A stretch of 63,823 nt of DNA, filler included, from Nitrospinota bacterium (GCA_030620925.1; 13 parts of 13 records of this genome joined end to end with filler, not necessarily neighbours in it), one strand, 5' to 3'; shown: positions 18,708 to 28,953, counted from the whole stretch's first letter. Program-made: numbers and translations. The notes: generated by a model not told the origin, from the sequence alone.

Positions 18708-20390
18708 ATGAGCAAGGATAAATCAGCGGAGAAAATCTCGGAGGCATACCGGGAGAAGCCGTCGGAGCTCAGGACCTGGTCGGGGTTCGAAGTGAAAGAG
18801 TTTTATACACCGGAGGACGCCTCGGCTATGAATTACGGGGAGAACGTAGGGGATCCAGGCGATTACCCCTATACCAGGGGCATCCACCGCGATATGTTCC
18901 GGGGCCGTTACTGGACGCGGCGCGAAGTTTGCGGGTTCGGCTCTGCAGAGGACACCAACGAGCGGCTGCGCTTTCAGATCGATGAGGGGGCAAGCGGTCT
19001 GAGCGTCATACTGGATATCCCCGGCGGTATGGGCATAGACGCCGACCATCCCATGGCGGGCAAAGAAGTGGGGGTGCAGGGTGTCCATATATGCAAGCTG
19101 GAGGATATGTTCAATCTGCTCGAGGGGATACCCATCGAGAAGGTGAGCCTGGCCTGGAACAACTCCACTGCCACCATGGTGAACGTCCTTCTTGCCCAGT
19201 ACCTTGTTGTAGCCGGGGAGCGGGGCATAGACCCTCAATCTTTGAGGGGGACGGTCCAGAACGATCCCCTGCACGTGCAGTTTTGCGGGTACCAGGTGAG
19301 CGTGCCCTTAGAATTGAGCGTCAAGATGGCCGTGGACGTCATAGAATATTGCACAAAGAATATGCCTCTCTACTACACGGGTAACGTCAACCTCTATGAC
19401 ATGCGCGAGAACGGGATAGATGCGGCGCAGGAAGTGGCCTTCGGGTTCTCCATCGCCAAGGAGTATATCCGCAAGGCTCTGGAGAGGGGGCTGGATATAG
19501 ACGACTTCGCTCCCCGCAGGGCGTTCTACTGTTCCTCGCACATAGACTTTTTTGAGGAGATAGCCAAGCTGAGAGCCGCCAGACGGCTCTGGGCGCGCAT
19601 CATGAAAGAAGAGTTCGGCGCCAAGGACCCCAAGTCGCTCCAGTTCCGCTTCGGCGTCCACACCGCGGGATGTTCCCTGGTTCCCCAGCAGCCTCTCAAC
19701 AACGCCATAAGGATAGCTTATCAGGCCATGGCCGCGGTGCTGGCCGGCGTGCAGTCCCTGCACTGCTGCTCCTACGATGAACCGATAGCATTACCCACCG
19801 AGGAATCGCAGCGGCTGGCCATACGCACCCAGCAGATTCTGGCCTACGAGACCGGTGTGGCCAAGGTGAGCGATCCCCTGGGCGGCTCTTATTACGTCGA
19901 AGAGCTTACCGGTAAGATCGAGGAAAAAGCGAGAGGGATAATCGCACAGATAGACGACATGGGCGGTATAGTGGAAGCCATGAAGCGAGGCTGGGTGCAT
20001 TCTGAGATAGAGAAAGCCTCCCTGAGCTATCAGAAGGAGGTGGATAGCGGCCAGCGGGTGGTGGTGGGGGTCAACAGGTTCCAATCGGAAGAGGAAAAAG
20101 AGACCCCGGGAGGCGTCCACAGGCCCTCTTACGACAGGACGCAGGAGATCATCGACAGGGTCAAAGAGGTCAAGAGCAACAGGGATATGGCTCGGGCCGA
20201 GAAGGCCATCAGTATCTTGCGGGAACACGCGGAAATGGGCGAAAAAGAGAACCTTGTCCCTTATATCATAGACGCCGTCAAGGCGGACCTCACCTCCGAG
20301 GAGATAATCGGCACCATACGGGAAGTCTGGAAACTGCACTACGATCCCCTCGAAGTGCGGGAATCGCCCTTCCAACGCGTCGCCACCTGA
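18708..20390 (+). CDS. B12-dependent acyl-CoA mutase, large (substrate-binding) subunit
   Basis: PGDYPYTRGI...F.GRYWT, LRGTVQND, FFEEIAKLRAARRLWA, HTAG, VQSLHCCSYDE, DPLGGSYYVE, VVVGVNRF. No DxHxxG B12-binding domain. Confidence 0.93.
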   Translation: MSKDKSAEKISEAYREKPSELRTWSGFEVKEFYTPEDASAMNYGENVGDPGDYPYTRGIHRDMFRGRYWTRREVCGFGSAEDTNERLRFQIDEGASGLSVILDIPGGMGIDADHPMAGKEVGVQGVHICKLEDMFNLLEGIPIEKVSLAWNNSTATMVNVLLAQYLVVAGERGIDPQSLRGTVQNDPLHVQFCGYQVSVPLELSVKMAVDVIEYCTKNMPLYYTGNVNLYDMRENGIDAAQEVAFGFSIAKEYIRKALERGLDIDDFAPRRAFYCSSHIDFFEEIAKLRAARRLWARIMKEEFGAKDPKSLQFRFGVHTAGCSLVPQQPLNNAIRIAYQAMAAVLAGVQSLHCCSYDEPIALPTEESQRLAIRTQQILAYETGVAKVSDPLGGSYYVEELTGKIEEKARGIIAQIDDMGGIVEAMKRGWVHSEIEKASLSYQKEVDSGQRVVVGVNRFQSEEEKETPGGVHRPSYDRTQEIIDRVKEVKSNRDMARAEKAISILREHAEMGEKENLVPYIIDAVKADLTSEEIIGTIREVWKLHYDPLEVRESPFQRVAT

Positions 20391-20413
20391 TAAAAGTACA
20401 TCAACGAAGAATC

Positions 20414-20448
20414 GACCGGGGCCTTTAACAAGGCACCGGTTTTTTTGT
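20414..20448 (+). terminator. Rho-independent terminator after the mutase
   Basis: ACCGGGGCCTT-TAAC-AAGGCACCGGT followed by a T run. Confidence 0.75.
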
Positions 20449-20577
20449 GTCCAAATTGACTATGGGTTCCTGACAAAATATTTTCAAAGGAAAGAGCAGG
20501 CTTTATGAAAGTACAACATTCCATTTTGGGGATGTGCCTCGGAAAAAATTTGGATCAATATCAGAGGGGGTTCAAAG

Positions 20578-21105
20578 GTGGATATTAGAAAGTTGATCGT
20601 TCTGCTGCTCGTTACGGCTCTATTATCGGTCTCTTCTCAGGTTTTCGCTGTAGGTGCAGGAGATCGGGCGCCGGATTTCACGCTTCAGAGCACCCAGGGG
20701 GAACCCGTTTCTTTGAGCCAGTTCAAAGGGGAGAAAAATGTCTTGCTGGCTTTTTACGTCTTCGACTTTTCGCCCACGTGAACCAGGGAGTTCAACGAGT
20801 TCCGTGCGGACCAGGCGAAATTTGATTCGATGAATATCCAGCTATTGGGAATCAGTACCGACCAACCCTTTTCTCAAAAGGCATTCAGCAAGAACCTGGG
20901 CCTGACATTTCCCCTGTTGAGCGACAGGGACGCAAAAGTCATCAAAAAGTATGGCGTCTATAATAGGAAACTGGATGCCGCCGCCCGTTCCTATTTTCTG
21001 GTGGGGATGGATGGAAAAATACTCTGGACGCACGTTATGGAGGATTCCCGCCAGAAACTCAGCAACGAGGATATTCTAAAAAGGATCCAGGGCTTGGTGC
21101 AGTGA
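20578..21105 (+). CDS. AhpC/TSA (peroxiredoxin-like) selenoprotein with signal peptide; Sec at UGA 20779-20781
   Basis: ORFs 20578-20781 and 20830-21105 are in frame. Read-through gives APDFTL...LAFYVFDFSPT-U-TREFNEFR...LLGISTD...FPLLSD...RSYFLVG. The TGA sits at the peroxidatic-Cys position. Confidence 0.85.
20782..20815 (+). promoter_or_regulatory. Candidate bacterial SECIS hairpin
   Basis: TCC-GTGC-GGA apical stem-loop; the loop starts with GU about 23 nt after the UGA. Confidence 0.5.
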
Positions 21106-21264
21106 AATGGTCTAATTTTAATATATTTGAGGGAACCTTTTTGGAGGGGTTACGCCCTTCTGACNNNNNNNNNNNNNNNNNNNNNNNNNNNNNNNNNNNN
21201 NNNNNNNNTTAATTAATTAANNNNNNNNNNNNNNNNNNNNNNNNNNNNNNNNNNNNNNNNNNNN

Positions 21265-22157
21265 ACGATGTCAACTGGGAGGTCAGAAAGGGAGAAGTTT
21301 TCGGCCTGGTGGGGGAGTCCGGCTGCGGGAAGAGCGTCAGCGCCCTCTCCATACTGAGGCTCATTCCCGAGCCTCCCGGAGAGATAGAAGCGGGAGGGAT
21401 TATTTTTGAGGGGCAGGACCTGGCAACAAAATCGGAACGGGAGATGCAGAAGATCAGAGGCTCAAAGATTTCCATGGTGTTCCAGGAGCCTATGACCTCC
21501 CTTAACCCGGTGTTCACTATAGGCACCCAGATATGCGACGGTATAATATTCCATCAGAAGTTGAGCAAGAAACAGGCCAGGGAAAAAGCGGTGGAAATAT
21601 TAACCACGGTGGGTATCCCCTCACCGGCGAGCAGACTCGACAGCTACCCGCACGAGTTCAGCGGAGGTATGAGACAAAGGGTAATGCTGGCCATAGCCCT
21701 TTCCAACGAACCTTCCTTCCTCATAGCAGACGAGCCCACCACCGCCCTGGACGTTACCATACAGGCCCAAATACTGGAGCTGATCCAGGACATGATAATG
21801 AAGTTTAACACCTCCCTGCTGTTTATCACCCATAACATGGGGGTGGTGGCTCACATGTGCGACAGGATAGGAGTGATGTACGCCTCCCACATGGTGGAGA
21901 CAGCCGATAAGCATACCCTGTTCGAGAGCCATCTCCACCCTTATACCGAGGGACTCCTTAACTCCATCCCCGCTAAAGGGAAGAGAAAGCAATCCCTGCA
22001 CTCCATCGAGGGGGTGGTGTGTAATATGCTGGCCCCCCCTTCGGGGTGCAAGTTTCATCCCCGCTGCGAGCGGAGCACGTCCATCTGCATGCACGAAGAG
22101 CCCCGGCTCAAGAAGATGGGAGAGGGCCATTTTGTCGCATGCCATCTTTACGACTGA
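21265..22157 (+). CDS. Oligopeptide/dipeptide ABC ATPase, OppD/DppD type (5' truncated)
   Basis: GESGCGKS, FQEPMTSLNP, FSGGMRQR, IADEPTTALD, GCKFHPRC. Confidence 0.93.
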
Positions 22158-22204
22158 CGAAAAGGGCGGCATTCCGGGCCAGCCTCCATGGGAGATGATA
22201 TAAA

Positions 22205-23176
22205 GTGAACCTGCTCACAGTCAAAGGGCTTTCAAAGCACTTCCCCATCAGGTCCGACTTTATCTCCAGGATCTCGCACAGGGAGCTCTTTCTCAAAGCG
22301 GTAGACCGGATCGATCTTAACATCAGGCAGGGGGAAACTCTGGGATTGGTGGGAGAGAGCGGATGCGGCAAATCCACCACCGCCAGGTTGATCACCAGGC
22401 TCATAGAACCCACCGAGGGAGAGATTTTACTGAACGATTCCGATATCCTCAGTCTGAAGAAAAGGGCCTTGAAAAAGTTGAGAAAAGAAGTGCAGATAGT
22501 ATTTCAGGACCCTTATTCATCGCTCAACCCACGCAAAACGGTCTACCAGATCTTAGGCCGACCGCTGGAAGTGCATGGCCTCACCAATAACAGGCGGGAG
22601 AAGAGGGCCAGAGTCGTCCAGCTATTGAACATGGTCGGGCTCGGAAGCGAACACGTGGACCGCTACCCGCACGAGTTCAGCGGTGGCCAGAGGCAGCGCA
22701 TTGCCGTAGCCAGGGCCCTGTCGCTGGAGCCTAGATTGATCATTGCTGATGAGCCTGTTTCCGCCCTGGACGTATCCGTTCAGGCGCAGATTCTAAACCT
22801 GCTGCTGGAACTTCAAAACGAGTTCAAGCTGGCCTACCTTTTCATCGCCCACGACTTGAGCGTTATAGAACATATCAGCGACAGGGTGGCGGTGATGTAC
22901 ATGGGGAAGATAGTGGAGATGGGGAATACGGAAACCATATTCGACTCTCCGCTACATCCTTATACCAGGGCCCTTCACAAGGCCGTCCCTCTGCCTGACC
23001 CCAGGGCCCAGCGGCCTCATTTAACCCTCAAAGGGGAAGTAACCAACCCCATCAACCTTCCGCCGGGGTGCCGGCTGGAATCCCGCTGTCCCGAAAAGGA
23101 GAAGAGGTGCCAGGCGGAAGAGCCAATACTGACCCAGCGGGGTGACGGACATCATGTGGCCTGTTTCAATATCTAA
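22205..23176 (+). CDS. Oligopeptide/dipeptide ABC ATPase, OppF/DppF type
   Basis: GESGCGKS, FQDPYSSLNP, FSGGQRQR, DEPVSALD, HPYT. Confidence 0.94.
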   Translation: MNLLTVKGLSKHFPIRSDFISRISHRELFLKAVDRIDLNIRQGETLGLVGESGCGKSTTARLITRLIEPTEGEILLNDSDILSLKKRALKKLRKEVQIVFQDPYSSLNPRKTVYQILGRPLEVHGLTNNRREKRARVVQLLNMVGLGSEHVDRYPHEFSGGQRQRIAVARALSLEPRLIIADEPVSALDVSVQAQILNLLLELQNEFKLAYLFIAHDLSVIEHISDRVAVMYMGKIVEMGNTETIFDSPLHPYTRALHKAVPLPDPRAQRPHLTLKGEVTNPINLPPGCRLESRCPEKEKRCQAEEPILTQRGDGHHVACFNI

Positions 23177-23258
23177 GGAGGGATGCTTTTGAAAAGACCT
23201 TCGCACCATGGTTCTAAACTGTTCTGTCAGGTTCAATTTTTCCAATGGAGGGCTTCAA

Positions 23259-23922
23259 ATGAGCGACGGTAATAACCGAGGACCCGAAGACAAAGGTATA
23301 ACTCGCAGGGAGTTCATGACCACTACGGCGGGAGCCGTGGCCGGCTCATATCTGGGCTTAATGCCCGGAGGAGCCTTAGGGAAAAGCGGAAAACCGAAAT
23401 ATGGAGGCTCGATAAAGATAGCCACGCGCGGCGACTCTTCGCGGCTGGACCCCCACTGGAGCTTCCCGCCTTATCCCACATCCCATTCACTGGCTTTACT
23501 CTACAATGGTCTCACCGAGATTAACTACAACACCGATATAGTTCCCGGCCTTGCCGAATCGTGGGAAGTTTCCAAGGACGGGAAGACCTACCTTTTTAAC
23601 ATCAGAAAGGGGGTCACCTTCCATAACGGCAAGACAATGACCGCCAAGGACGTCAAGGCCAATATCGAGCGCGTCCTGAACCCCAAACAGGGAGCCACGG
23701 TGCGGAGCCAGATAGGGCCGGTGATCGATTCCATGGATACGCCGGGCAAATACCAGCTCAAGATACAACTTAAAAAGATTTTCGCTCCCTTCCTGGTCCA
23801 GCTCACTAATCGCTGGCTGCCCATCCTGGACCCTGACACCTTCGACACCGTCAACGAAAAACCCATCGCCACCGGGCCTTTCAAGTACGTATCCTGGAAG
23901 AGGCTGGACACCACCGTCATGC
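23259..23922 (+). CDS. ABC family-5 substrate-binding protein with Tat signal (truncated)
   Basis: ITRREFM twin-arginine motif, PGLAESWEVSKDGKTY.F.IRKGVTFHNG, PIATGPFK. Confidence 0.9.
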
Positions 23923-24042
23923 NNNNNNNNNNNNNNNNNNNNNNNNNNNNNNNNNNNNNNNNNNNNTTAATTAATTAANNNNNNNNNNNNNNNNNNNNNN
24001 NNNNNNNNNNNNNNNNNNNNNNAGCCTCCAGATTAAACTACC

Positions 24043-24516
24043 CTATTCCTCAATCTCAAAGCAGAAATCGCAGAGGTCGTCTCCTTCCTGGATGGTCTTC
24101 GTCCGGGTGAACTTCATCCTATGATTAAAGCCCTCCACCATGGCCGAATCGCGCCCGCAGGAGAGCAGGTAGCCCAGCTCCGGTATCCCCGCCTCTTCGT
24201 ACATTTTGACAAAGTCGCATCGTTTAATATTCATGGAGTAATTGGTCTCGCCTTTTTCCACCACCTCCATTTCGTGGGCGCCGCCCGCCGAGAAGGCTTC
24301 GGAGGCTTTGGCGAAATGTTCCATGCTGTTGCCACCCACCATGCTCGCCAACTGGGAGCCGCTCTCCCGGGCCAGGGATTTAATGACTTCTCCGGCTATC
24401 TCCAGGGTCTTCTCTTCTCCCAATTCCTTCATGAAAGCCTTTATCAGCGGCCCTGCGATCCGCGCTTCGATTTCTCTCCTGGTGAGCAAGTCCACTTTGC
24501 TTAAATCAGCGCCCAT
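24043..24516 (-). CDS. L-2-amino-thiazoline-4-carboxylate hydrolase (ATC hydrolase) family protein
   Basis: RREIEARI, RCDF..MY...G.PELGYLLSCGRD, TRTKTIQEG...CDF. Confidence 0.82.
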   Translation of the reverse strand: MGADLSKVDLLTRREIEARIAGPLIKAFMKELGEEKTLEIAGEVIKSLARESGSQLASMVGGNSMEHFAKASEAFSAGGAHEMEVVEKGETNYSMNIKRCDFVKMYEEAGIPELGYLLSCGRDSAMVEGFNHRMKFTRTKTIQEGDDLCDFCFEIEE

Positions 24517-24579
24517 CCTTCATCCCTCCACTTGTCAGATATTACGGACAGCCTCTTCCCGGCTACGATGCGCCGGAGC

Positions 24580-25596
24580 TCATATCTTCGCCTCCCGCAT
24601 ATATTCAGCCGCCTCTTCGGGCAGGGTGGAGTTGATATAGTATCCGGTGCCCCACTCGAACCCCGCTATGTCGGTAACCCTGGGCATAATCTCCATGTGC
24701 CAGTGCCAGTCCGCATCCAGCGTCGACCAGTATCCTTCACGCGCATACCTCACGGGTGCGGTATGGATTATATAGTTATACTGGGGTTTGTTCAAGACTT
24801 TGGAGAGCCTGCCCATGGTCCCTATCATTATCCGAGCCAGCTGGTCAAGTCCCTGCTCATCGAGGGAATGGAAATCGGGGGAATGGTTTTTGGGAAGAAT
24901 CCAGGTCTCAAAGGGAAACCGCGCGGCGAAGGGACAGAAGGCTATGAAACCCTCGTTCTCCTCCACCACCCTCTGCTTCTTGCTCTGCTCTTCCTCGATG
25001 ATATCGCAGAACACGCACCTCCCCCTGGCACTATGATACTCTCTGGCTCCCGTCAGCTCCTCTTTGACGCGTTTGGGGGTCACAGGGGTGGCGATGACCT
25101 GTGAATGGGGATGACTCAGGGAGGCGCCCGCTTGTTTCCCCTCGTTCTTGAATATTATTATGTAGCGGAACCTGTCGTCCCTGCCCAGCTCAAGCAGCCT
25201 CAGCCTGTAAACGTCGAGAACCGCCGCCAGGGTTTCAGGGGTGTGCGTCTCTATGCGTTTAACGTGCCGGGGACTTTCGATGATGACCTCGTGGGCTCCC
25301 ACGCCGTCCATCATCTCGTACATCCCCACTTTCCTTCGCGCCTCATCTCCCTCTCCGCTCAGAGCGGGGAACTTGTTGGTGACCACCCGCACCGTCCACC
25401 CCGGACCGTCCGGCGGAGAACCTTGGCGCAGAGCGTAGACCTCGGGGGGCGTCTTCTCTTCGTTTCCCTCGCAGAAAGGGCACTCCCCGGAAGTGTTAAC
25501 CTCTTCCTCGTGTTCGAAATCATGGGGGCGTAGCCCCCTCTGCGGGCTGATGATGACCCATCTTCCGATAACAGGATCTTTTCTGAGCTCTGACAT
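24580..25596 (-). CDS. galT: Galactose-1-phosphate uridylyltransferase family protein
   Basis: MSELRKDP..RWVII, CPFCEGNE, NKFPAL, GASLSHPHSQ (HPH nucleophile), AGFEWGTG. Confidence 0.9.
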   Translation of the reverse strand: MSELRKDPVIGRWVIISPQRGLRPHDFEHEEEVNTSGECPFCEGNEEKTPPEVYALRQGSPPDGPGWTVRVVTNKFPALSGEGDEARRKVGMYEMMDGVGAHEVIIESPRHVKRIETHTPETLAAVLDVYRLRLLELGRDDRFRYIIIFKNEGKQAGASLSHPHSQVIATPVTPKRVKEELTGAREYHSARGRCVFCDIIEEEQSKKQRVVEENEGFIAFCPFAARFPFETWILPKNHSPDFHSLDEQGLDQLARIMIGTMGRLSKVLNKPQYNYIIHTAPVRYAREGYWSTLDADWHWHMEIMPRVTDIAGFEWGTGYYINSTLPEEAAEYMREAKI

Positions 25597-25633
25597 CCGG
25601 CCTGTTCCACCCATATAGTCTGATTATAATATT

Positions 25634-25669
25634 GAGGAACCCTTTTTGTAAACCCCGCCTTCCGCGGGG
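25634..25669. repeat. Dispersed palindromic repeat (copy 2)
   Basis: GAGGAACCCTTTTTGTAAACCCCGCCTTCCGCGGGG. Confidence 0.8.
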
Positions 25670-25739
25670 CCGCGGAAATAACCGGATCGTCGTTCTCAAC
25701 TCGGCGTATAGCAGGACCAAGCATCCCTCAACAATACAA

Positions 25740-25778
25740 GAGATTCTTCATCACGCCAGGGCGTGATACAGAATGACA
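25740..25778 (-). repeat. TGTCATTCTG...TGAAGAATCTC small palindromic element
   Basis: Minus strand reads TGTCATTCTGtatcacgccctggcgtgaTGAAGAATCTC; the same ends occur at 38740-38787. Confidence 0.65.
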
Positions 25779-25805
25779 GGATGGAACGAACATCCTCCGC
25801 CCCGA

Positions 25806-27305
25806 TTAAAAGCCGGAGGCGAGGAACTCCAGGGACCGGGCGACGAACTCCGCCAGGGGAGCCCAGTAGATGCCGAAAAGAATGGTGGGCACCACCAACA
25901 CGCTCAGGAGGGTGGTATGGAGGGGGGGGATTTTAAGCCTCGGCTGTTCCGAGCTCTCCACCAGAAACATGGCCTTGATTATGCGGGCGTAATAATAGAG
26001 GGACACCACGCTGTTCAGAATCCCCACAATCGCCAGCCAGTAGAACTCATCCTTGCTGAATATGGCGGCGAAGAGGTAGAACTTCCCGATGAAACCTGCG
26101 GTGGGGGGTATGCCCGTGAGGGAGAAGAGGAAAACGGTCATGGCCACGGCCAGGAAGGGCGCCCGCCAGCCGAGCCCCGCGTAGTCCTCTATTTCCTCGC
26201 TGTTGAGCTGGTTGGCCACGATGATGACCACCAGGAAGGCCCCTATGTTCATTATAAGGTAGACCACCAGGTAAAAGAGCATGGCCTTGAGGCCCTCGGC
26301 GCTGAGGAGGACGAACCCCATCAGTATGTAACCGGCGTGAGCGATGCTGGAATATGCCAGGAGTCGTTTGATGTTGTTCTGGTTGATGGCTATAAGGTTA
26401 CCGGCGGTCATGGTTCCGGCGGAGAGGAGCCCCAGCAGAAGGGGCCACCCGATATCGGAAACGGGCGCCCAAAGGCCCTCCGCTGGACCGGGGCCGGCCA
26501 TGGCCATGTAAAAAAACCGGATGAGCACTGCGAAACCGGCAGCCTTGGGGCCCACGGAGAGGAAGGCGGTGACGGGCGTCGGCGCTCCTTCGTAAACGTC
26601 CGGGGTCCACATGTGAAAAGGGACGGTGGCGATCTTGTACCCGAAGCCGGCCAGCACGAAGAGTATGGAGACGAACAGCGCGAACTCCGTCGAAGGCGAG
26701 GCCGTGCTCAGGGCCTTGTAAATCTCCATGAGGTTGGTGCTGCCCGCAAGCCCGTAAAGCAGCGACATGCCGTATATCATTATCCCCGAGGAGACGCCGC
26801 CGTATATAACGTATTTCAGGGCCGCTTCGCTTGACCTGCGCACGCCTTTCAGGAAACCGGCCAGCACGTAGGAGGTTATGCTCACCAGCTCCAGGGAAAG
26901 ATAGATCATCAGCAGGTCCATGGATGAGGCCAGCAGGAACATCCCCAGCGTTATCATGAGCAGAAACGCGTAGTACTCGCCCTGGTTCTCGCCTCTCGAG
27001 GTATCCGAGGAGATCACCGAGATGAGCACGGTGAGGGCCGAGGCGCCTATGAACAGGATCCGGAAGAAACCGGCGAAGGAGTCGAGGGCCAGCATCCCCG
27101 TGAACAGGGAGCCCGACTCCCCGCCCGCATACAAATCAATGGAGAACACCAGCGCCGGCGCCAGACCCGCCAGAGCCACCCAGGCCTGCCACTTCCCCCG
27201 CCTCCCCTTAAACGCAAGATCGAGAACGATGAGGACTATGACCGTCCCGATGAGGGAGGCCTCCGGATAGAAATATTTGAGGCTGGCGATGTTATCCAGT
27301 ATCAA
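25806..27305 (-). CDS. nuoN: NADH-quinone oxidoreductase subunit N
   Basis: SSEAALKY, GYKIATVPFHMWTPDVYEGAP, KRLLAYSSIAHAGY, GIPPTAGFIGK. Confidence 0.96.
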   Translation of the reverse strand: MILDNIASLKYFYPEASLIGTVIVLIVLDLAFKGRRGKWQAWVALAGLAPALVFSIDLYAGGESGSLFTGMLALDSFAGFFRILFIGASALTVLISVISSDTSRGENQGEYYAFLLMITLGMFLLASSMDLLMIYLSLELVSITSYVLAGFLKGVRRSSEAALKYVIYGGVSSGIMIYGMSLLYGLAGSTNLMEIYKALSTASPSTEFALFVSILFVLAGFGYKIATVPFHMWTPDVYEGAPTPVTAFLSVGPKAAGFAVLIRFFYMAMAGPGPAEGLWAPVSDIGWPLLLGLLSAGTMTAGNLIAINQNNIKRLLAYSSIAHAGYILMGFVLLSAEGLKAMLFYLVVYLIMNIGAFLVVIIVANQLNSEEIEDYAGLGWRAPFLAVAMTVFLFSLTGIPPTAGFIGKFYLFAAIFSKDEFYWLAIVGILNSVVSLYYYARIIKAMFLVESSEQPRLKIPPLHTTLLSVLVVPTILFGIYWAPLAEFVARSLEFLASGF

Positions 27306-27412
27306 CTATATCCTCTTTGAACCTCGGGTGGGCGGCCCCGCCCGCCGCGGGGTGCTCCTATTAAAAAAAATTAAAGCCGATGCTTTCGCTATCGTGCATC
27401 GCGTATCTCGCA

Positions 27413-28918
27413 TCAAGGAATCAGCATGGCCAGACCGGCCGCAAACGGACTGGGCGAAAGGCCCTCGATAATATGGCTCAGGGAGACATCGATCATGTCC
27501 AGCACGGGCATGGGATAGACGCCCAGTATCACCACGATGGCGGCCAGGGGCAGCATGGTGAACATCTCCCTCCTGTTTATATCCGGCAGGGTGGCGTATT
27601 TGGGGTTCAACGGCCCCAGGAACAAGCGCTGCACCGTCCACAGGCAGTATGCGGCGGTGATGACCACGCCGCTCACCGCCAGTATGGTTATCAACCTGTA
27701 GACGTTGAAGGCCCCAATCAAAACCAGCACCTCACTGATGAAACTGCTCAAGCCGGGCAGGCCCAGCGCGGCGAAGAACGCGAAGCAGGATATGCCGGTG
27801 AAGGCGGGCATCTGCTGGGCCAGACCTCCGAAACCATCTATCTCCCGGTGATGGGCGCGGTCGTAGATGACGCCCACCATCAAGAACAGCATGGCGGTTA
27901 TGGTGCCGTGGTTGAACATCTGGAGCACGGCCCCGTTGATGCCCTGCTTTGTGAACACGGATATGCCCAGAAGGACGAAACCCATGTGGCTGATGCTGGA
28001 ATAGGCCACCAGCTTCTTCAAATCTTTCTGGGCCATGGCCACCAATGCACCGTAGATAATATTGATCAACCCCAGCACGGCCAGGAAATAGGAGAAGTGT
28101 CCCGTGACCAGGGGCAGCATGGAGAAGTTTATTCGCAGTATGGCGTAGGCGCCCATTTTCAAGAGGATTCCCGCCAGGATGACGCTGATGGCCGTGGGCG
28201 CCTCCACGTGGGCGTCCGGGAGCCAGGTATGGAATGGGAACACGGGCACCTTGATGGCGAAGGCCACGAAGAACGCCAGCCACACAAGTATGGTCCTGAA
28301 GTCCATGCCCACCCCCGACCCGGCGGCGATGAGCCTGGTCATGTCGAAGGTATGGTCGTTGGTGAAATAGAGATAGAGCATGGCCAGGAGCATCAGCACG
28401 CTGCCCAGCAGGGTGTACAGGAAGAACTTGATGGCCGCGTACTCCCTCCTGGGCCCTCCCCAGATGCCGATGAGGAAGTACATGGGCAGGAGCATTACCT
28501 CCCAGAAGATATAGAACAGGAAAAAATCGAGGGCCGCGAAAACGCCCATCATCCCCGTATCCAGCAGCAGAAAGAGGGCGAAATATCCTTTGACACCCTT
28601 GTTTACTCCCCAGGAAGCGAAAATGCAGATGAAGCAGAGCAGCGCGTTTAACAGCACCATGATCACGCTCAGGCCGTCCACCCCCATGAAATACTCTATG
28701 TTGATGGCCTCGATCCACTTGTAGTGCTCCACGAACTGAAACTGGTGGGTGGTGCGGTCGAAATTTATGTAGAGCAAGACCGCCAGCGCCAGGGGTATGG
28801 CGGTGGCGATAACTCCGACCCTTTTGATCAGCTCATGTTTGTCCCTGGGCACGCATAAAATAGCAACCGCGCCCGCCAGGGGAATAAAAGTCATTAACGT
28901 CAGAATATGGCTCATCAT
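27413..28918 (-). CDS. nuoM: NADH-quinone oxidoreductase subunit M
   Basis: FWEVMLLPMY, KVPVFPFHTWLPDAHVEAP, LLKMG, VAYSSISHMG. Confidence 0.96.
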   Translation of the reverse strand: MMSHILTLMTFIPLAGAVAILCVPRDKHELIKRVGVIATAIPLALAVLLYINFDRTTHQFQFVEHYKWIEAINIEYFMGVDGLSVIMVLLNALLCFICIFASWGVNKGVKGYFALFLLLDTGMMGVFAALDFFLFYIFWEVMLLPMYFLIGIWGGPRREYAAIKFFLYTLLGSVLMLLAMLYLYFTNDHTFDMTRLIAAGSGVGMDFRTILVWLAFFVAFAIKVPVFPFHTWLPDAHVEAPTAISVILAGILLKMGAYAILRINFSMLPLVTGHFSYFLAVLGLINIIYGALVAMAQKDLKKLVAYSSISHMGFVLLGISVFTKQGINGAVLQMFNHGTITAMLFLMVGVIYDRAHHREIDGFGGLAQQMPAFTGISCFAFFAALGLPGLSSFISEVLVLIGAFNVYRLITILAVSGVVITAAYCLWTVQRLFLGPLNPKYATLPDINRREMFTMLPLAAIVVILGVYPMPVLDMIDVSLSHIIEGLSPSPFAAGLAMLIP

Positions 28919-28953
28919 CCGGCCTGTTTCCTCCCGTGCATAGTTACCATTTA

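Noticed and set aside
25773-28718. Long alternative-frame ORFs (353, 423 and 328 aa) over nuoN and nuoM; likewise 6311-7468, 14968-16065, 47909-48883, 48484-49362 and 63441-63818
   Set aside because: Expected stop-poor frames in GC-rich coding DNA; they overlap well-supported genes.
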